A stretch of 59,587 nucleotides of DNA, from the NCBI GenBank assembly GCA_034780895.1, contig JAUZTB010000070.1, forward strand, positions 13,283,612-13,343,198. The letters run 5' to 3'. Positions 26,017-37,625 of this stretch are shown here, one piece after another (position 1 is the stretch's first letter; each line of letters begins with the position of its first letter). The stretch is from Rhynchobatus australiae. Lineage: Eukaryota. The notes under the pieces were generated by a model. It was not told the origin of the DNA, did no database searches, and saw nothing but the letters and a program-made list of their open reading frames with translations. Both the position numbers and the translations under genes were made by a program.

Positions 26017-27199
26017 NNNNNNNNNNNNNNNNNNNNNNNNNNNNNNNNNNNNNNNNNNNNNNNNNNNNNNNNNNNNNNNNNNNNNNNNNNNNNNNNNNNN
26101 NNNNNNNNNNNNNNNNNNNNNNNNNNNNNNNNNNNNNNNNNNNNNNNNNNNNNNNNNNNNNNNNNNNNNNNNNNNNNNNNNNNNNNNNNNNNNNNNNNNN
26201 NNNNNNNNNNNNNNNNNNNNNNNNNNNNNNNNNNNNNNNNNNNNNNNNNNNNNNNNNNNNNNNNNNNNNNNNNNNNNNNNNNNNNNNNNNNNNNNNNNNN
26301 NNNNNNNNNNNNNNNNNNNNNNNNNNNNNNNNNNNNNNNNNNNNNNNNNNNNNNNNNNNNNNNNNNNNNNNNNNNNNNNNNNNNNNNNNNNNNNNNNNNN
26401 NNNNNNNNNNNNNNNNNNNNNNNNNNNNNNNNNNNNNNAAGAGTCTTCAACTTGAAAAGTTTCCATTTCTTTCTCCACAGATGCTGACTTAACTGCTGAA
26501 TGTTTCCAACATTTTCTGCTTTTATTTCAGATTGCCAGCATCTGCAATTTTTTTTTGATTTTTCGAGGTTAGCTTTTATTCCCTGCCTTGAAGGACCAAG
26601 GATGGGATCCTTACCAGGACAAGCAATCAGGTTAAAGGTTTACTTTTTCATCTGCAGATAATTGCATAAATGCAGACATAAGTATTTAGTCCAAAAAGTC
26701 TTTGAAAGTGCAGCTGTAGAATTGTTGTAAGGAGGAGGGGGGGAAAAAAGGCAAGAAACTCAAGGTAAACCAACAGGGAATTTAAAGGAATGGCTGGCAG
26801 GTGGAAGAATGCTAAGGAGGAAAGTTAAAGTTAAGAAATGCTAAGTATGCTAAGGAGGAAAGATATTTTCAGAAATTAGTGGAGAGAACAAGATGTGTTT
26901 TGGTAATAACTTCCATGGCATTACAATATTTTGGATGAAGCATTGGCAGTAATTATAGTCAAGAGGGGAAAGGCAAGGAACAGGTAGTACCACCTCTAGG
27001 ACAGATTTCCATCTAGGCCAGGATGCCAATGTCATTTTTTCAGATGCCAAGGGCCTTGTTCACAATGAAATTGGTGAGGCCAGTGGTTAATCTTTCGGAG
27101 AGTCCCTGGGGACCTGACGCCAATCATTTTGCGTCCCAGTGCACAGTTCTACAACTTGCATAGTTGTCTTACAATACTGATTTGAGGTATTTGAATAAA

Positions 27200-28440
27200 T
27201 TAGCACAATATCGCAAGGCTGATAGGCAACGGACAAGAGGTGACAGTGGGACCCTGTGGCGGCGTTGGGTTGGTGCCCTTGTAAAGCTCAGCGACCCTGC
27301 CCCTCATTGGGACTGCATCCACGCTCGGCGTCTCCCGCAGTTCCCCATGGTGCCCGGAAGAGGCGCTGATGAAGGGCGTCCGTCGTCGGAACTGCAGTGA
27401 AGAGTCGGTGCCCGGAGACGGCGCTGGCGGCGGCGCCTTTGCCCGGGGCTGCAGTGCCCTCGGCGCCCGGAGACGGCGCTGGCGGTGCGCGGTCGCTGGG
27501 TCCTCCCAGAGGCGGCTGCATTTGGCGCGGTTCGAGCTGGTGTGCGAGGCCGGGCTTTCCGTTCCTTCCTTCACTGCAAGCGGTTGCGGCGGCCCTTTCC
27601 AGGAGCCATGGACATGAAGAGGAGGATTAACCTGGAGCTGAGGAACCGGACTCCGGCAGACGTGAGGCCCGGGTGGGGCGGGACGGGGGCCGCGCTGCGA
27701 GCGGCCGCGCTGGCGGGACCGCGTGGCCGGGCCCCTGGCGGAGGCACAAAACCCTCCGGGCGGCGATTTAAATTTCCCGCCGGGTGGATGTCGGCGGCCT
27801 CGGCTCTTCGGGCCAGGCCTGAGGCCCTGGGCGTCGAAACGGCGCCGGGCCTGCGCCTTGTCCCGCCTTCGGCCTTTCGTCCGGCCGGCCGCCGGAGGGA
27901 GGCGGCGGAGCCGAGCCTGGGGACATGTCCCGGAGCCCCGGCCGTGGGTTGGCTCACGTTGCGCCATTTTACCACCGCCGCCTGGAGCTTCTTCCCGCGG
28001 GAGGGAGGGGAGTGGGTGGGGGGAATCGGCCTCCGCCCTCCTCACCCCGGCTCCGGCCTCTTTCCCTCCCCACCCTGGGCTCTGCCGGCTCCCGCCCCCT
28101 CCCGGGACTCCGGCTTCTCTCCCTCTCTTCCCCCCTCCCCCCGGCTCCGCCCGCCCCGGCTGTCACACGTGCTTCGAGTGGCTGCTGCCCCCGGGCCCAG
28201 CCTCCGGCGTCCTGGCCACGGAGCTGCCTTCCCGCCGCCCGCGGGGTGTTTATTCTCCCACCGGCTGGCCGAGCCCGTGGGCAGATCCCGACCCCTTTGT
28301 GGTGCCCCTGAGTGTGGGGGGAGGGTGCCGGGCAGCAAACCTCGGGCCGTGCCTGCTCCCAGCTGGCACGGATATCATTTAAAATGCTCAATCATTAATT
28401 TGACTCGCTTTCGCTTTTACCGAAACTAATGAACATGCGC
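27200..28440. promoter_or_regulatory. CpG island / promoter of the ANP32 gene
   Basis: Abrupt GC- and CpG-rich segment around exon 1. TGACGCCAAT (CRE half-site plus CCAAT) at ~27115, ATTGG at ~27306, YY1-like CGCCATTTT at 27962, CACGTG at ~28165. Confidence 0.9.
27608..27661 (+). CDS. ANP32B: ANP32 exon 1 (MDMKRRINLELRNRTPAD)
   Basis: GCCATGG Kozak context, donor GTGAGG at 27662. Confidence 0.95.
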
Positions 28441-28781
28441 TGTCCTCCCATTGAATGCATTCTTTCTCTCCGCGTGACAAGTCGTAACTTTAATTACAGA
28501 TGTTGGAAATTCGTTTTTATTTGTTTTTTACATTTCCAATTAGCATTTCTAATTACTTAATAGACTTGTAAAATATTCGTGAGTCACTTTGGAGGATGGA
28601 GACTGGCAATGTGTGTTTTAAGCGGCATTCGCTGGGTTTCTTTACAACACAATATTCCAACATAATTGGGTTTAAAATAGATATGTTTGGAATTGACGTT
28701 ACGTGAAGAGCCAATATCTTTCCATATTAATTGTGATAATTCCTATATGCTAAAATCCTTAAAGATTGTTTACAACATGTG

Positions 28782-29030
28782 TTTAAATTTATTTATTTGC
28801 AGCGTGGTAACAGACCCTTCTGGCCCAACGAGTCTGCACCGCCCATTTTTAAACCCATATTAACCTATCTGTATGTCTTTGGAGTATGGGAGGAAACTGG
28901 AGCACCCAGAGGAAACCCATGCAGACACTGGAGAATGTATAAACTCCTTACAGATAGCGGCAGGAATCGAACCCGGGTCGCTGGCGCTGTAATAGTGTCG
29001 TGCTAACCACTACACTACTGTGCCACCCCT
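28782..29030 (-). mobile_element. Young tRNA-derived SINE
   Basis: Close reverse complement of the copy at 58835-59043. Intact B box GGTTCGATTCC. Confidence 0.85.
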
Positions 29031-29084
29031 ACTGTGCTGACTGTGTTATGCAGTGCTTAGATTCATCAAGCATGATATATGAGC

Positions 29085-30080
29085 ATATAAGAAAATGAAA
29101 TCAGTGGCAAGCCACTTGGCTCCTTATTGCCTGTTCTGCCATCTGACCCAGGCCTCATCTCCTTTTCTGTGCCAGTTCCACATAAGCCATCAATTCCCTG
29201 ATCTTTCAAAAATGTATCTACACCCTATTTAAATATATCCGATGACAGCCTCCATAACCCTCTGGGGAAAGAATTCCTACACACTTTACTTTTAAATGAC
29301 CATCCTGTTCAGGATTCTGCCATGAGTGGAACCCTCTCAGTATCTGCCGTCATGCCCTTTTGGATCAATAAGATCATCCCTTGTTTTTCTGAATTCCAAA
29401 GAATATATATGTAATTTATTTAGCTGCACAAGATAGAACAATCCTCTCATCCCAGGAATTAGTCTAGTGAATCTCTTTCAGACTTCCTCCAATGGCCATA
29501 TATCCCTTCTTAAACAAGGAGACCTTGTGCACCTTTCTCCGATTGTGGCCTTGCCAGTACCCCACACGTTTGTAACAACACTTTCCTCCTAAGCCACTTA
29601 AAATAAAAATGCCATTTGTCTTCCTAACCACTTGCTGCACCTGTTTGCTAATTTTGTGATTCATGCACAAGATTTCCTAGATCCCTGTACTTTGCTCATC
29701 TGCAATCTTTCTCCACTTAGATAATACTCTACCATTAGACTAGTTAATGAGGTGCATAACCTTGCACTTTCCCACATTAAACTCCATTTGTTGAAGTTTT
29801 GCCTCCTTGTTCAACCCATCTATATCCAGTAGACTCCTAATATTCTTGTTGCAACGTGCCATTTTGTTTTACCTATCTTCATGTCATCAGCAAACTTGGA
29901 TACCTTGCTCTCTGTCCCCTCTTCCAGGTCTTTAATATAAATAGTAAATAATTGAACCTTGTAATAATCCATTTGTCGCTTCCTTCCAGTCTGTAAAAGG
30001 CTTGTTTATCCTAACTCTTGTTTTCTGTGGGATAAGCAGTCTTCAATCCATACTCTCACACTTCCCCTAATACCACGTGT
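29085..30080 (-). mobile_element. CR1 LINE 3' part (degenerate)
   Basis: TCATCAGCAAACTTGGA (reverse complement of SKFADD) at ~29885 and a CR1 3' tail at ~29090. Confidence 0.75.
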
Positions 30081-30289
30081 CTATCCCAGTGAACAAGACT
30101 GCCAAGAATCATGGCTTGAGGATATCTTATGTGCATGGTGTTAGTGCAGAAGCTCTGAGAATGTCTCTGTTTACCTGCCTATCCAGGTCGTCATTTACAT
30201 TGAAGCACTAAATACAAGGAACACTTGGATTTATCCAACACCTTTCAGACTGCACCTCAGGACACATTCAATTTGCTGAACTTCTTTTA

Positions 30290-30560
30290 AGGTGTAGCCA
30301 CTGTTTTAACATATAAATGAAACATCCAACTTGCAAACATGGAATTTCCAGAAATGCTAATGTGGAAAATGACAAGATAATTGGTTTGATTAAGGGATTA
30401 GGGGTGAACATTTTCCAGGATATTGAGGATAACTTGGAAAAACCTGTGTGATCTTATACCTGAGAGGTCGGACAGGATCTCTGTTGAATATCCCATCTGA
30501 AATGCAACACACAAGTAGTGCAGCTCTCAGTATTGGAATATCAGTCTGGATTTTGGAGAC
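30290..30560 (-). mobile_element. Deu-domain SINE remnant
   Basis: ACCTGAGAGG..GACAGG..ATCCCATCTGAAA..AGTGCAGC.CTCAGTA resembles the reverse complement of the Deu domain. Confidence 0.6.
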
Positions 30561-32812
30561 CTGCATCTCTAGCGTGGGATCGTTATCCACATCCATTAGG
30601 CTCATGTCGCTGCTAGTGATATCTGGAGCAATGGGAAGCACCTCAGTGCCCAATGCATTGGTTTCCAGGACCAAATCCTGGGTGGGCAAGAGCCTCTGGT
30701 CCTGTTAATGAACCAGTTTAGGTGTTCAAAATAAACAATGACTTGTATTACCACTATGGCTTAATGCTGCCTTGGAACTACTGATATAGATTATAGGCAA
30801 TGATCATTTAACAAGCTGGCAGACCGTTTGAAAACTTGCTTAAAAGATCTGTTCTGAGTCTGTACTTATACATGTGAAGTTGGTGCAAGAATAGACCACT
30901 CAACCCCTCAAGTCCTCTCTGCCATTTGGTAAGGTCATGGTTGATCTGATTATGGCCTCAACTCTGGGCTCTTGTCTGTGCATAGTAACTTTTCTACTCC
31001 CGTCTTTCACCGCAAATTGAAGGAGTGCTTCATTTGTAGGGAGACCATATTGAAAGTGAAGCATTAAGCTCATGCCATCTTCTGCCTCAGATAGATGTGA
31101 AAGATTCCATTATTCTAAGAACACACAAGTTGTTGGTGCAATCTATCCCTCAGCCAATCCCAACAGATTGTAGAGCAACTGTGGGGTCTTTGGTGGATGT
31201 GAAACAGTTCAGATAATTCTTTCTTGGTAGTACAATAAATAGCTCAAATCACTCTTTACGAAGTGCGTGGGTCCATTACCACATCCAACCACAATAGGAG
31301 GTGTACCATATCTTGTCTAACTTTAGTTACACCAGTTGGAGCTTCAGATGCAGCCTTTGCAACTCAGTGTGGTAGGGATTGAGTCAGGGTAAATTCCAGC
31401 AGTCGTACTAGGTCTGAGCCCCCATTGAAAGCAAAAGAATTTTGCAGGATAACCTGCAACATTCTGGCTACTTTGTTGATATAATCGTCCCAAGTTCAGT
31501 GGCTCTATGAAGATTTGTGCTATTTAAAATGTCAGACTGACTAGTTTAACACACATCTTAAAAAGTCATGGGATCTGTGTCTCTTTCCAAGACTTGAGCA
31601 CTTAATCCAGACTGACTGTAGTGTTCTGTCTTAGGTTGTGCATTTGTCCCCATTTCCAATTTACTACTAAAACCACATCCTCATATTACTGAAAAATTGC
31701 CTATTTCTCAACAGTGGTCACCACAAACCACAGTTTATCTGTGGCCCTTTAGAAAGTCCCACTCAGATTCATTGCTGTATTGCAGTGGGTTTTCTGTCCC
31801 CTAGATCGAATTTTTACAAAGTGCACAACCATTTCACAACTGCTTGGTGGCACATAGCTCTAATTTTCCAGAATTAAACAACTCTTCTTCTATTTGTGGC
31901 AATTCCAATCAATAAAGTTGAGGTGTAAGTAATTAGATTCACAACTGTAAATACTTAAATTCAAAAAAAATTAGTCCTTCAAATCTTATAAAATCTGCAT
32001 ATGCATTTTGAATTTGAATGCTTTAAGCTTTTGCAGATTTGAGCTTTTCCTCAGCAGAGCCATTAGGGAGAACACCTGAAACAAACAGTCAATGATAATG
32101 CTGAATATAAAATATTAAAATAACACCTAAGATTTTTTTTTCCCTACCACTGTTTTCTGATGATTTTCTTTACTCTCCAGTCTTCAGATATGTCACTTCC
32201 TTGATGCGTTAGTTCCTCCTATAAGTGCAATAGCTTGTCCAAAGTCATATTCTTGATGTGCAAGCCCAGGCATTGAGTACATTTTATCCCCACCAAATGA
32301 CCACAAAGACTTCCAGCAGAAACCACTGCAGTGTAATCTAGAGCAGGAGTATTTTGGATAATTTTCCTCTGCAGAAAAGAGATTAAATGCATGAGAGGAA
32401 TCGTCATGGTCAGCTAGAGAATACAAGTGGTTGAAAACGTACAGATTCCAAAATGATCACTTTCAATTTAGCCAGCCAAGCTTGTTGGACCCAAAAGACT
32501 TGACTTGGGATAATGTGATTTAATATGATTGATGTAATTCTCTGGCCCCACTTCTATTTATACCATGAGAATAAACACNNNNNNNNNNNNNNNNNNNNNN
32601 NNNNNNNNNNNNNNNNNNNNNNNNNNNNAAGGCCCTGGTGTGCTGTGAACAGTTCTAGTTTCTGCTATTGGTGCTGTAGTTTCCCCAAGGCAAAAGACTC
32701 CTGGTGGCTTAATTTTTAAAATAATCTAATGCACCACGCATACAAGGCTAATTTGGAAGTCGTGGTTCTCTGTGCAACACTTGTAAATAAATGCATTACT
32801 TATTTTTAATAA

Positions 32813-32995
<183 letters not shown>

Positions 32996-34289
32996 TGAAC
33001 TCTTCGGGTGGAAGTGATTATTCCAAAATATTCAAAGGGACTAATACATTATAGCCACTGTAGATGTGGTTCAGTGTCCATACATACAAAGAACTTGGAA
33101 TAACCTGCCCTGTAGAAAGTGTACCAGTGATAATGAATTCATGTGGTTAAGCTATATTGCTGTTTTTTTGATTCTGAGCATTTTTTAAAAAAATTATAAC
33201 TCAACTCGTTTGAGACCTAAGGTACAATAGTTAAATATCTGTAATAATTTAATCTTGTAATTGATGTCCACCTATTAAATCATTCAGAATCCTAAACTAT
33301 TTTGGAAGTAACGGATCATTGATGTTGATATGTTGAAATAATGTTGATATTTCTCCTTTCACTGAGGCATCGGCCATTTGGCCCATTGAGCTTATGCTGG
33401 CTCCCAGAACAATTATTAATCCATACTTATTTCCTGTAACTCACTCTTCAGTATCCATTAATTCACCCTTAATTCTTTTACCTTCCAATAACACTAGGGG
33501 CAAATTACAGTAGTCAATTAACTTACTAATCAGTGCATCATTGGCAGGTGAGGAAACAATTATCTGGGGGAATGTATTCAGTCACAGGGAGAACACTTCA
33601 CAGATCACACCAAAGGTCATTATCAGGCCTGAGTGACTGGAGGTGTGGGATAGCAGCTCTACCTGCTGTGTCAATGTGCAGTATTTGTACAGTAATCTGT
33701 AGTATCTGTTAACAGAATGTCTGATTTTATCTTTGACATGGGCAGTAATTTATCATGAGCGATGTGTTCAAGTATTATTAGTTTAATGGACATTTAGAAG
33801 AGGATTAAAATTAAATTGAATTTAAGCACCAATGTTTACAGTCATACTCTGCAATCTCTTGTGAATAGTAAATTTCCTTTTCTGGTGCAGAATTATTTGT
33901 AAACTGTTAAGTAATCCATCTGCTATTTTGGAGATATCGTTGACTACAGTATTTATTTTCACATTTTGGGATCTGGGCATTACTGGTAAGGCCGGCATTT
34001 ATTGTCCATAGCTAATAACCTTTGAGAAGGTTGTGATGCACTCTTGAACAACTGCAATCCTTCTGGTGAAGATAGTCTCACAATCCTGTTGGAAAGGGAA
34101 TTCCAGGATCTAGAACCAGCTATGAAGAAGGAACAATGATATTTTTCCAAGTCAGGATGGCTTGTAAATTCAGTGGGAAGGGGTGTGTGAAATGTATGTG
34201 ATGCTATTTCCATGTGCCTGGAACACTTGTCCTTGGTGTAAAGATTGTAGGTTTGGGAGGTGTTGCCTAGTGCAAGACCATACTTGGTC

Positions 34290-35225
34290 TTGTACAAATG
34301 GATTGGAAAATGGCTTTCAATCCAGATAAATGTGAGGTATNNNNNNNNNNNNNNNNNNNNNNNNNNNNNNNNNNNNNNNNNNNNNNNNNNNNNNNNNNNN
34401 NNNNNNNNNNNNNNNNNNNNNNNNNNNNNNNNNNNNNNNNGATTGGAAAATGGCTTTCAATCCAGATAAATGTGAGGTATTGCATTTTGGGAAATCAAAC
34501 CAGAGTAGGACTTGTACAGTGAATGGTTTGGGCCTGGGGAGTGTTCTGGAATGGAGGGATCTAGGAGTGCAAGTGCATAGTTCACTGAAAGCGGCATCAC
34601 AGGTAGATAGGGTGGTGAAGAAGGCATTTGGCACGCTGGCCTTCGGTCAGGCCACTGAGTATAGGAGTTAGGAAGTTATTTGTAGTAATATAAGATGTTG
34701 GTGAGGCTGCACTTGGAATATGGTGTACAGTTTTGGTCACCTTGTTATAATAAAGATGGTATAAAAGTAGAAAGAGTGCAGACAAGATTTACCAGGATGT
34801 TACCTGGACTCGGGGGCCTGAGTTACAAGGAGAGGTTGCGTAGACTAGAACTTTATTCCCTGGAACGCAGGAGATTGAGGGGTGACCTGATAGGTGTATG
34901 AGATTATGAGGGGCGTAGACAGGGTGAAAGCACGTGATCTTCTCAGGGAGGGTTTGCTAATAACAAGAGGGCGTAAGTTTAAGATCAGAGGCGAGAGATT
35001 TAAAAGAGACATCAGCTTTATGCAAAGGGTGGTGCGTATTTGAAATGAGCTGCCAGGAATAGTGATTATGGCAGGCACGTTAGCAATGTTTGAAAGCCAT
35101 CTAGATAAGTACATGGATAGGAGAGGTTTAGAGGGCTGTGGGCCAAACATGGACAGATGGGGCTAGCTCACTGGGCAACACAGTCAGCATGGAAAGGCAA
35201 GGGTCTGTTTCCCTGCTGTATGAGT
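34290..35225 (+). mobile_element. Younger CR1 LINE 3' end
   Basis: KWLSIQ/MAFNPDKCEVLHFG..DLGVQVH..LVRLHLEYGVQFWSP..LERRRLRGDLI, plus the 3' tail. Confidence 0.9.
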
Positions 35226-36384
35226 CTAAGTAGCTACAGTTCATTTTGTGGGTGATACACACTTCAGCCATGATATCCCAATGTTGAAGGGAATGAATAT
35301 TTAGGATTGTGAGTATGGTACGACTGAAGTAGTCATCTTTGCCCTTGATGGTGCTGAGTTTCTTGAGTCTTGGAGCAACATTTATCCAGGGAGGTGGAGT
35401 GTATCCATCACTTTCCTAGCTTGTGGTTTGTAGATGGAAGGACTTTGGGTTGCTGGATGCAAGTTGCCCTATGCTAGATACTAAGCCTTTGATGTAGCTG
35501 TGCGGGTGCTGTGGCTGGTCCAGTTGAATCCTCCCCCGCCTGAAACCCCCCCCCCCCCCCAAACGTTATTGATAAAACAGTATTTGTAATGGCAAGAGTG
35601 GGTGGTTAGACTGCCTTTCTCTCTTTTTGGAGGTGCTCATTGTCTGACACTTCTGCTTCACAAATTTCCTTACCAATTTTTGTCCCACAACTGAATGTTG
35701 TCTAGGTCCTGCTGCATGCAGGCATGGACTAATCTTTCTGAAAGATGGAACTGAACATGGTGCAAACATCAACAAATTTCCCAACTAGGAAGGTCATTCA
35801 AATAGCTATAGNNNNNNNNNNNNNNNNNNNNNNNNNNNNNNNNNNNNNNNNNNNNNNNNNNNNNNNNNNNNNNNNNNNNNNNNNNNNNNNNNNNNNNNNN
35901 NNNNNNNNNNNNNNNNNNNNNNNNNNNNNNNNNNNNNNNNNTAGTCTGTTTGAAACAATCCTGTAATGGGCATTATTGACCAGATTATAGGTGAATAGAT
36001 GATCATTGAATATAGTATGATAATGCATTCCATGAGAGCAGACTATTTGTGTGGTAATTAGATGAAATTTGTCTTTGTTTTTGTGGATAGAATATTCATG
36101 AGCAATTCATTACATTGTAATGTAGGTGCCAGTGTTATGACTACTGCAGTTGCTCAGCTAAGGGTATGTCTAGTTCTGGAATGCAAGTCTCTTGTACTGC
36201 AGTAGGGATGTTGTCTGGTCTCATAGCTTCTGGTGTATCCAGGGCTCTCTTTTTTCTGATGCCTTGTGGAGTGAATCAAATTAGTTGAAGGCCATTTTCT
36301 GTCATGGTTGGGGATCTTTGGAGGAAGTCATGATGGATCATTCACTTTGTTTCGTGGTTGAACATGATTAAGAATATATTAGCA

Positions 36385-37625
36385 GTAGAACATAAAATAG
36401 GAACAGGCCCTTCGTCCCACGATGTCAGTGCCCACAATGACGCCAATTTAAACTGTATATCTGCCTGCATGTGGTCTATGTCCCTCAATTCCCTGCTTGT
36501 TCATGTGCCTGTCTAAAAGCCTCTTAAACATTCCTATTGTATTTGCTTCTATCACTTCCCTTGGCAGTGCATTCCAGGCACCTACCACTGTCTGTCTACA
36601 AAAACTTGCATCTTAAAACTCCTGCCAACTCCAGAATGTGATTCTACCCTATCCACGCTTCTCATAATTTTATATACTTCTATCAGGTTGCCCCTCAGCC
36701 TGTGACTCTCCAGAGAAAGCAATCCAAGTTTGTCCAACTCTCCTTGTACTTGATACTCTCTAATCCAGGCAACATGCTGGTGAAACTCTTCTGCACCCTC
36801 TCCACAGCCTCTATGTCCTTCCTGTAATGTGGCAGCCTGAACTGTACACAAGTTTTTTTATACAGCTGCAACATGACTTCCAGATTTTTTATACTCAACA
36901 CCTTGACCAATGAAAGCAAGTATACTTGTGTTGCCACTTCCTCAGAGCTATGGACTTCCATACCAAGATCCCTCTGTACATCATTTTGACCTCACAAAGT
37001 GCTACCCCTCACACTTGCCTGGATTAAATTCTGTTTGCCATTTCACTACCCAAAGTTCCAACTGTTCTATATCCTACTGAATCCTTTGACAATATCCACA
37101 GGTCTGCCAATTTTTGTGTTGTCTGCAGACTTAATTATCAGCCCACCTACATTTTCATCCAAATCATATATAATCGCATTCTGATTAGTTGGCCTTNNNN
37201 NNNNNNNNNNNNNNNNNNNNNNNNNNNNNNNNNNNNNNNNNNNNNNNNNNNNNNNNNNNNNNNNNNNNNNNNNNNNNNNNNNNNNNNNNNNNNNNNCGCA
37301 TTCTGATTAGTTGGCCTTTAAACGACTCCCACTTGTCAGATGTGGACATGCCAACAACAGCTGCTCCCAATCTACACTCTCCGGCTCCTGCCTAATACTG
37401 TTGCATTTAGCTTTTCCCAAATATAGCACTCCCCTTCTCCCCTGCCCCTGCCCCCACCCCCACCCCCAAGGACCAGTGTTATCATTATCCATAACTATCT
37501 GAAAACCTATGGAATTGTGATCACTGTTCGCAGAATGTTCTCCCACTGAAACTCCAATCACCTGGCTGGGCTCATTTCCCTCTAATATGGCCCTTCCCTG
37601 GTTGGAATTTTTACATACTGTGTTA
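36385..37625 (-). mobile_element. CR1 LINE fragment
   Basis: Minus-strand ORFs CVQFRLPHYRKDIEAVERVQKSFT and SVGEHSANSDHNSIGFQI (end of the endonuclease domain). Confidence 0.8.

Noticed and set aside
27164-28429. Many long overlapping ORFs on both strands (up to 314 aa)
   Set aside because: Stop-codon depletion in a CpG island. Only 27608-27661 is ANP32 coding sequence.
28940-29030. tRNA-like A/B boxes (also ~20160, 25745 and 58850)
   Set aside because: Heads of tRNA-derived SINEs, not tRNA genes.
34301-34480. Identical 40-bp sequence on both sides of a 100-N gap (also 11235/11357 and 37176/37297)
   Set aside because: Typical unmerged contig overlap, not a target-site duplication or biological repeat.
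37431-37467. C-run cluster (minus-strand G4 motif)
   Set aside because: Short low-complexity expansion inside a dead CR1, with no sign of function.
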